Source: an uncultured Bdellovibrionales bacterium
GTDB taxonomy: Bacteria; Patescibacteriota; Minisyncoccia; Moranbacterales; UBA1568
Length of the DNA: 11,685 bases
Assembly: GCA_964617535.1 (NCBI GenBank)
Contig: CAZTYU010000003.1
Location: 1,186-12,870 of the forward strand
Direction of reading: 5' to 3'
The notes below the pieces were generated by a model that was not told the origin of the DNA, searched no databases, and saw only the letters and a program-made list of their open reading frames with translations. Below are positions 7,179 through 11,685 of this stretch, one piece after another (within the stretch, counting starts at the first letter, position 1; each line of letters begins with the position of its first letter). Made by a program: the position numbers and the translations under genes.

Positions 7179-7736
7179 ATGCCCCCTATGACTACGCTCA
7201 TCGTCGGCCTCGGCAACCCCGGACCCGAATACGCTACTACTCGCCACAACATCGGTTTTCTCGCGCTCGACCGTTTGCGGGAAGTTTTTGGTGCGCCAGA
7301 ATTCCGTCCAGAAGCAAAGTTCTCCGCTCTGCTCTCGTCGGTCGTCGTCGATGGACGGAAAGTTATCCTCGCCAAGCCGACGACGTACATGAACGAATCC
7401 GGCCGCGCGGTCCGGGCCATCCTCGACTACTACAAGCTCAATCCCGCGGCACTCATCGTCATCCACGACGATCTCGACATCGCTCCGGGCACGCTCCGCA
7501 CCACCGACTCGTCCCGGGCCGCTGGACACAATGGCGTGCAGGACATCATCGATTCCCTCGGCACACAGGATTTCTTCCGCCTCCGTCTCGGCATCGGTCG
7601 GCCAGTTGAAGTTGAGGGCGTCTGCATACCGTCTCACGACTATGTACTCGGCCGTTTCTCGGAGGAAGAATCCGCCGGACACGCTGCCCTGTTCGATACC
7701 GTCATCAGAACCGTCCGCGACCGACTCGTGGCCTAA
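7179..7736 (+). CDS. pth: Peptidyl-tRNA hydrolase
   Basis: ...LIVGLGNPGPEYATTRHNIGF...AKPTTYMNESGRAV...VIHDDLDIAPGTLR...GHNGVQDI...RLRLGIGRP... matches the Pth signature. The start may be the internal ATG 7188 (MTTLIVGLGNPG). Confidence 0.9.
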   Translation: MPPMTTLIVGLGNPGPEYATTRHNIGFLALDRLREVFGAPEFRPEAKFSALLSSVVVDGRKVILAKPTTYMNESGRAVRAILDYYKLNPAALIVIHDDLDIAPGTLRTTDSSRAAGHNGVQDIIDSLGTQDFFRLRLGIGRPVEVEGVCIPSHDYVLGRFSEEESAGHAALFDTVIRTVRDRLVA

Positions 7737-7744
7737 CGCGAAAG

Positions 7745-7783
7745 AAACGAAAACCCGCCCGAAAAAACGGGCGGGTTTTTATT
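7745..7783. terminator. Bidirectional rho-independent terminator after pth
   Basis: aaacgaaaa-CCCGCCCG-aaaaaa-CGGGCGGG-tttttatt. It has an 8-bp GC stem, a 6-nt loop, a T-run on the plus side and an A-run on the other side. It starts 9 nt after the pth stop. Confidence 0.75.
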
Positions 7784-7928
7784 CGGCTGAAGAAGAGAGT
7801 TCCGCCAAAGGCCGGCAGTAGGAGGGTACTACCAACTCTGGACGGAACTGTCGCCTCCAGCACTCGGAAGAGGCTGCTTTTGTTTGCACCACCCTAGCGT
7901 CAAAACTACTCCCTGTCAATACTCGCCC

Positions 7929-7960
7929 AAGAAAAAAGCCGGATAGCACTAGCTACCGGC
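7929..7960 (-). terminator. Rho-independent terminator after the second small membrane protein gene (minus strand)
   Basis: Minus strand: GCCGGTAGC-tagt-GCTA(t)CCGGC followed by TTTTTTCTT. It lies ~20 nt downstream of the stop at 7980. Confidence 0.6.
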
Positions 7961-7979
7961 CAAACGGACGCGAAGCGGT

Positions 7980-8360
7980 TCATGACGCGTCACGCGGACG
8001 AGAGCCCATCACCGTGACGAGCATCTGGTACGCGGCGATCGATGCGATCGCCATGAGCGCGAGTAGGCAGGCGATCAGGCTCCACTCGGCGTGGAAATAC
8101 ACGATCAGGATGGGCGAGACGGCGAACACCATGAGGCGCGGAAAGAGGCGGTATTTATCCGCAAACGTTTCCTGAGTCGCCCAGACGACTGCGAGATACA
8201 GGACGAATCCCGTACCGATGCCATGGACGAACGCTTCGGCTGAAGCTTCGCCTGGCTCCGTCAGGAGCACATACCCCGTGAGACCGATGCACATCGGGAT
8301 CGCCACCATGAGACCACCGAGAACGAGCGCAGCTATCCAGTAAAGAACGAGCTTTCCCAT
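7980..8360 (-). CDS. Small 4-TM integral membrane protein (126 aa), unknown function, paralog B
   Basis: The ORF-track ORF 7980..8405 is trimmed to ATG 8360 (MGKLVLYWIAALVLGG...), which is preceded by AAAGGAGG at 5 nt. It has four hydrophobic segments and GC3-rich codons. A conserved promoter/leader cassette lies upstream (see findings). Confidence 0.65.
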   Translation of the reverse strand: MGKLVLYWIAALVLGGLMVAIPMCIGLTGYVLLTEPGEASAEAFVHGIGTGFVLYLAVVWATQETFADKYRLFPRLMVFAVSPILIVYFHAEWSLIACLLALMAIASIAAYQMLVTVMGSRPRDAS

Positions 8361-8395
8361 GATCCCCTCCTTTCGTAGCGGCTGTGGGATGACTG

Positions 8396-8424
8396 ATACT
8401 CGCACCCGTCCTGAAAAATGTCAA
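8396..8424 (-). promoter_or_regulatory. Putative sigma70-type promoter (cassette copy 2): TTGACA-17nt-GAGTAT, for membrane protein B
   Basis: -35 TTGACA (plus 8419..8424 as tgtcaa) is embedded in the conserved 17-mer TTTTTCTTTTGACATTT. The -10 GAGTAT (plus 8396..8401) follows after a 17-nt spacer. The copy-1 promoter has identical spacing. Confidence 0.5.
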
Positions 8425-8461
8425 AAGAAAAACCGGCGCCCTCTCTCGAGAGAAGCGCCGG
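8423..8461 (-). terminator. Rho-independent terminator (cassette copy 2) after membrane protein A
   Basis: Minus strand: CCGGCGC-ttctc-TCGA-gagag-GGCGCCGG (a long, nearly perfect hairpin) followed by TTTTTCTTTT. Confidence 0.7.
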
Positions 8462-8488
8462 GAAACTTGGGGGGGTGCCGTCACACCG

Positions 8489-8869
8489 TCACGCGCCGGC
8501 TGACTTCCGGTGGCTCACCATCACTTGGTAGACCGCCGGGACAGCCAGAACCGCGAGCACGACCAGCGTGGCGAAGTAGGTGAAGCCGAACGTCGGCATG
8601 AGCCAAGCGACCGCCGTCGGCAACGCCAGGAAGAACAGGAAACGCTTCATGGGCGACACCGCCTTCGCCGGGATGCCGAGCGCGACGACCGCAGTGATCG
8701 TCACAAACAGCATGAGCGAGAAGTAGGCCGCGACGCGCACGTCGACCGGGACGGCACGCGTGATCTTGGTTGCCTCGACGTACAGGACCGGGGCGAACAG
8801 CATCACGAAGAGCGCGAGCGTCGCGCTGAGGAGCGTGGCGAAGAAAAGGTACAGGATCGTCTTTCCCAT
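8489..8869 (-). CDS. Small 4-TM integral membrane protein (126 aa), unknown function, paralog A
   Basis: ORF-track ORF. MGKTILYLFFATLLSATLALFVMLF..., four hydrophobic helices. AAAGGAGG lies 9 nt upstream of the ATG. It has the same length and MGK start as paralog B but is only weakly similar otherwise. Confidence 0.65.
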   Translation of the reverse strand: MGKTILYLFFATLLSATLALFVMLFAPVLYVEATKITRAVPVDVRVAAYFSLMLFVTITAVVALGIPAKAVSPMKRFLFFLALPTAVAWLMPTFGFTYFATLVVLAVLAVPAVYQVMVSHRKSAGA

Positions 8870-8905
8870 TTGGGATGCCTCCTTTGCATGAAGATGGGAT
8901 GCCTG

Positions 8906-8934
8906 ATATTTGCATCTCCCCCACTAAATGTCAA
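8906..8934 (-). promoter_or_regulatory. Putative sigma70-type promoter (cassette copy 1): TTGACA-17nt-AAATAT (preceded by TGc), for membrane protein A
   Basis: -35 TTGACA (plus 8929..8934) lies inside the same 17-mer TTTTTCTTTTGACATTT. After a 17-nt spacer comes AAATAT (plus 8906..8911), with TG at -15/-14. Confidence 0.5.
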
Positions 8935-8970
8935 AAGAAAAAGGCCCCGTTTCCTTTCGGATTCGGGGCC
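8933..8970 (-). terminator. Rho-independent terminator (cassette copy 1) ending the flotillin operon
   Basis: Minus strand: GGCCCCG-aatccgaaaggaaa-CGGGGCC followed by TTTTTCTTTT. It lies ~45 nt after the stop of the 73-aa gene. Confidence 0.7.
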
Positions 8971-9017
8971 CGTGCTTCATGCGGCGTTGCCGCTGAAACA
9001 ATTGATGACCTACTGGG

Positions 9018-9239
9018 TCAGCCGGCGGTGGCTCCCGCCTCGGCCGGTGACGCAGCAGTCGGGTTCACGTCAGGGTCGTTGTGGCAGACGCAGCCGTGCA
9101 TGGTCTCGCTGCCGCCGTAGTCGCTCGGCTTGAGCCAGGCGTAGCGACCACCGCACATGCAGCTGGACGGGACGATCTTCCAGCCTTGGATGAGCGCGAT
9201 GGCCCACTTCTGCGGAAGTTGATCGGACATGATGGGCAT
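9018..9239 (-). CDS. Small Cys/His/Met-rich protein (73 aa), putative metal-binding, translationally coupled to the flotillin gene
   Basis: ATG 9239..9237 (MPIMSDQLPQKWAIALIQGWKIVPSSCMCGGRYAWLKPSDYGGSETMHGCVCHNDPDVNPTAASPAEAGATAG). AAGGAG lies 7 nt upstream and is formed by the flotillin's final Lys-Glu codons (ACC AAG GAG TGA cggc ATG). Codons are strongly GC3-biased like real genes here. A terminator follows. Confidence 0.55.
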   Translation of the reverse strand: MPIMSDQLPQKWAIALIQGWKIVPSSCMCGGRYAWLKPSDYGGSETMHGCVCHNDPDVNPTAASPAEAGATAG

Positions 9240-9243
9240 GCCG

Positions 9244-11343
9244 TCACTCCTTGGTCTTGGCCGCAGGAGCCGGCGCGGGAGCAGGCTTGGGAGTCGTTGT
9301 GCTCGCCATGCCGTCGCGCACCAGGTTGGCCAGGAGCACGTCGACCAAGGTCCCGCCGTTGGCACCGGAGGCGCCGCCGGAAACGAGGATCTCGGGGACC
9401 AGCTTCATGCCCGCCTTGCCGGCATCGGACAGCGCCTGCGCGACCTGCACGATCGCGTAGTTGCCCGCGTCCATCGACTCGATCTTCTGCTTGATGACCT
9501 TCGCCTCGGCCTCACCGATCGCCAGGGTTCTCCCAGCTTCGGCTTCACCGGTGACTCGCGTCACTTGGGCGTCGGCATCCGCGTTGATCTTCTTCGCCTT
9601 GGCCGCGCCATCTGCCGTCTTCACCGCTGCTTGGGCGTTGAAGTCCGCGATCTCGACGGACCGTTCGGCGGTCACGACGCTTGCCTGGGTGTCGGCCTGC
9701 GCAGTGGCCTGCTCGAGCTGCTTGCGCGTCTCCTGTGCCTGCCGCTGCGTGTCGAAGGTCACCTTCTGCTGTTCGGCGACCTTGCGGTCGGTCAGCGTCT
9801 GCATCAGCTCGGCTGGCGGGTTGATGTCACCGATGAGCGTCTCGACCGCCTGGACGTTGTACGTCCGGAGTGCCGCGGAGATGGCGGTCTTGGCTTCTTC
9901 TTGCCGCTGGCTGCGCTCCTTCAGGAAGCCGATGACGTCGGAGCTCTGGGCGGCGTTGCGGAAGTAGTTGCCGATGGTCGGTTCGAGCACCTGCGTGACC
10001 AGCGCCTCCATGCTCCCGAAGCGGGCGATCACCTTGGGGGCGTCATTCCGCGGGATATGGATGATCTGGCTCACGTCGAGGTTGAACGTGAAGCCATCGG
10101 CCGAGCGGACCGTGATGGTCGAGAGGTTGGCGTCGAGCTTGTGGCTCTCCGTCTTCGCCGTCGCCCAGTTGAGGACGACGTTCGCCGTCGGCACCACCCG
10201 CACCTTGTGGGTGTAGGGGTTGATCGGGTACTTGCCCGGATCGAGCACGTCGTTCCAGACGCCCTTCTGGCCGCGTTGCACCAGGTTGCCCTGGGTGAAC
10301 TGGTCACCGGTCACGTCTTGCCCCTGGCTGCCCACGAACGCAACCACCACGCCGACCGATGCGATTGGCACCTCGGTCATGTCCTGCTGTTCCACCGTGG
10401 CGAACTTCGGGTTGATGAAGTAGCGACCCGCGAGCAGCACTTGCTCCTGGAGACCCTTCTTGCCGCCGTTCGCGAGGAAGGCGTTCGGGTTCTGGAACAT
10501 GTTGTGGTTCGCGGTTTCCGGACCGGCGATCTCGCCGGTTGCGAGCGCTTCGCCTTCCTTCGTCGTCACGATCCCGACCTTGTTCTCGGGGATGTCGATG
10601 ACGTCGGCCATCTCGACCTTGAACAGCACCGGGTTGATCCGGTACTGCCCCTGGGGGATGATGGTTGCCTGCGCACCACGTTCACCGCTCACCATGAACG
10701 CCTTGGCGTCCTGGAAGAGGTCGCACTCGACGTGCTTGGCGATGATGCGGCCGGTCGGAAGCGCGGCGCCATCCTTGGCTTCGACGACGCCGATCTTGCC
10801 CGCCGGGATGACGGTCATCTCCTTGGTCTCCACCGTGAAGACCTTCTTGTTGATCCGCCAAGAGCCCGGGGGGATCAGCGCCATCTGAGGACCACGCTGG
10901 CCACCCTTCGAGAGGAAGGCCCGCGCGTCCTGGAAGTCGTCGCATTCGACCTGCTGGCCGATGATGCGCCCCGCCGGAAGCGGTTCACCGTCACAGGATT
11001 CCACGACGCCGATGCGGCCCGGGGGGATCACGGTGAACTTCTCGAATTCGACCACGAACTGCCACGGCCAGTAGAAGAAGTGGAGTCCGGGCGCGAGTGC
11101 GTCGGCCTGGACGCCGGCCTCGCCGTTCAGGGCGATGACCTTGCCGGGCGGCAGCTCGCGGTTCGAGCCGAAGATCACGAACTTCTTCGTCACCAGACCG
11201 ATGCTGTCATCGGGGATGATGACGATGCCGAAGAGGCGGAGGACCTGCTTGTAGAACAGGACCGCCAAGGCCAGAACGACGACGGTGGCGATGAGGCCAC
11301 CATAGCCGAAGAGACCTGAAAGGAGGGAGAGTGCGTATTCCAT
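9244..11343 (-). CDS. Flotillin-like SPFH/band-7 protein (699 aa) with an N-terminal TM anchor, a tandemly repeated SPFH N-terminal beta-segment, a complete SPFH domain and a long Glu/Ala-rich coiled-coil flotillin tail
   Basis: N-terminal membrane anchor (LLSGLFGYGGLIATVVVLALAVLF). Four ~75-aa repeats follow, each with I-P-x-G-x-x-G-V-V / G-x-x-L-x-x-G-x-I / ECD-x-FQDA-x-AF / PG-x-YRINP / F-x-VE. Then a canonical SPFH core (...DVSQIIHIPRNDAPKVIARFGS...LEPTIGNYFRNAAQ...) and a flotillin-type EA-rich coiled coil (...AEAGRTLAIGEAEAKVIKQKIESMDAGNYAIVQVAQALSD...). This is similar to FloT/YqiK-type proteins. The C-terminus is TTTPKPAPAPAPAAKTKE. Confidence 0.85.
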   Translation of the reverse strand: MEYALSLLSGLFGYGGLIATVVVLALAVLFYKQVLRLFGIVIIPDDSIGLVTKKFVIFGSNRELPPGKVIALNGEAGVQADALAPGLHFFYWPWQFVVEFEKFTVIPPGRIGVVESCDGEPLPAGRIIGQQVECDDFQDARAFLSKGGQRGPQMALIPPGSWRINKKVFTVETKEMTVIPAGKIGVVEAKDGAALPTGRIIAKHVECDLFQDAKAFMVSGERGAQATIIPQGQYRINPVLFKVEMADVIDIPENKVGIVTTKEGEALATGEIAGPETANHNMFQNPNAFLANGGKKGLQEQVLLAGRYFINPKFATVEQQDMTEVPIASVGVVVAFVGSQGQDVTGDQFTQGNLVQRGQKGVWNDVLDPGKYPINPYTHKVRVVPTANVVLNWATAKTESHKLDANLSTITVRSADGFTFNLDVSQIIHIPRNDAPKVIARFGSMEALVTQVLEPTIGNYFRNAAQSSDVIGFLKERSQRQEEAKTAISAALRTYNVQAVETLIGDINPPAELMQTLTDRKVAEQQKVTFDTQRQAQETRKQLEQATAQADTQASVVTAERSVEIADFNAQAAVKTADGAAKAKKINADADAQVTRVTGEAEAGRTLAIGEAEAKVIKQKIESMDAGNYAIVQVAQALSDAGKAGMKLVPEILVSGGASGANGGTLVDVLLANLVRDGMASTTTPKPAPAPAPAAKTKE
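10378..11037 (-). repeat. Intragenic tandem repeats (3 full ~225-240-bp units, aa 103-322) within the flotillin gene, conserved at DNA level
   Basis: For example, plus-strand ...gcgtcctggaagaggtcgcactcgacgtgcttggcgatgatgcggccggtcggaagcgcggcgccatccttggcttcgacgacgccgatcttgcccgccgggatgacggtcat... (~10695-10810) against ...gcgcgtcctggaagtcgtcgcattcgacctgctggccgatgatgcgccccgccggaagcggttcaccgtcacaggattccacgacgccgatgcggcccggggggatcacggtgaa... (~10925-11040). Flanking half-repeats extend the repeated region to ~10165..11223. Confidence 0.65.
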
Positions 11344-11362
11344 GATTCAGAGATTCCTTCTG

Positions 11363-11638
11363 CTAGAACTTGAGTTGCTTGGATTCTTCGTCGCCCGGCT
11401 GGAGGAAACGCGCCTTGAATGCGCGCCACCCCTGCTTCTTGCGAAGCTCGCCGAGCACCACCTGCATCCCGTGTTCCGGCCACGTCTCTTCTTGCCAGAC
11501 CTTGCGGTCTCGGCTGAGCGAAAACGTGATCGTCCCAGAGACGCCACGAGCGGTGGCGATTGCGTACGGATAGCGATCGCGGACGACCGACTGGACCGTG
11601 GCAATGACCACTTCCCTTCTTGATGATTCTTGGCTCAC
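11363..11638 (-). CDS. Hypothetical soluble protein (91 aa), first gene of the flotillin operon
   Basis: The ORF-track ORF starts at a TTG at 11683. The in-frame GTG at 11638..11636 is preceded by GAAAGGAG at 7 nt and is the likelier start (VSQESSRREVVIATVQSVVRDRYPYAIATARGVSGTITFSLSRDRKVWQEETWPEHGMQVVLGELRKKQGWRAFKARFLQPGDEESKQLKF). It has no TM, stops 19 nt before the flotillin ATG, and has GC3-rich codons. The family was not recognised. The ORF could extend beyond the window edge. Confidence 0.5.
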   Translation of the reverse strand: MSQESSRREVVIATVQSVVRDRYPYAIATARGVSGTITFSLSRDRKVWQEETWPEHGMQVVLGELRKKQGWRAFKARFLQPGDEESKQLKF

Positions 11639-11685
11639 ATGAGCGCTCCTTTCTGAATGGGTATCGTACCCGTTAGTTGTCAAAG

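Noticed and set aside
8416-8942. Two identical 17-mers (AAATGTCAAAAGAAAAA) 510 bp apart, checked as possible CRISPR or mobile-element repeats
   Set aside because: There are only two copies at gene-scale spacing, each forming a terminator U-tract plus a -35 in front of a gene. There is no cas or transposase/integrase ORF, and no inverted repeats bracket a unit. It is interpreted as a regulatory cassette instead.
8481-9133. ORFs 8481..8924(-) and 8510..9133(+) overlapping the 4-TM gene A and cassette 1
   Set aside because: These are off-frame or antisense Arg/His/Pro-rich translations of GC-rich DNA. The 4-TM frame has the SD, hydrophobic periodicity and coding-like codon usage.
9229-11319. 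696-aa plus-strand ORF opposite the flotillin gene
   Set aside because: It is the antisense shadow. The minus frame carries the SPFH core and flotillin coiled coil, while the plus translation is R/D/L/G-rich nonsense.
1-11685. Mobile elements, integrases, phage genes, rRNA/tRNA genes, CRISPR arrays
   Set aside because: None found. No ORF has transposase/integrase/recombinase-like sequence, and there are no terminal inverted repeats, repeat-spacer arrays or rRNA-like conserved blocks.

Overview
This is a high-GC (roughly 60%) bacterial chromosomal segment with no rRNA, tRNA, CRISPR array or mobile-element genes that I can recognise. Positions 1-5588 are an almost uninterrupted minus-strand run of housekeeping genes: ftsA (5' part, runs off the left edge; absent from the ORF track because it has no in-window stop), dgkA, ybeY, yqeY, rpsU, a HIT-family hydrolase, hisS and lepB. 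A divergent plus-strand pair follows, an LCP/LytR-CpsA-Psr envelope protein and pth, ending in a clean bidirectional intrinsic terminator. The right third (7929-11685, minus strand) looks accessory. It holds two small 4-TM membrane proteins, each preceded by its own near-identical terminator/promoter/leader cassette. Upstream of them is an operon of a 91-aa hypothetical protein, a 699-aa flotillin/SPFH protein whose N-terminal SPFH beta-segment is tandemly repeated at both protein and DNA level, and a translationally coupled 73-aa Cys/His/Met-rich protein. Many long ORFs in the track (15..1097+, 5881..7176-, 9229..11319+ and others) are antisense shadows of real GC3-rich genes and are rejected. 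All calls rest on reading the sequence and on motif recognition from memory; no database search was possible.
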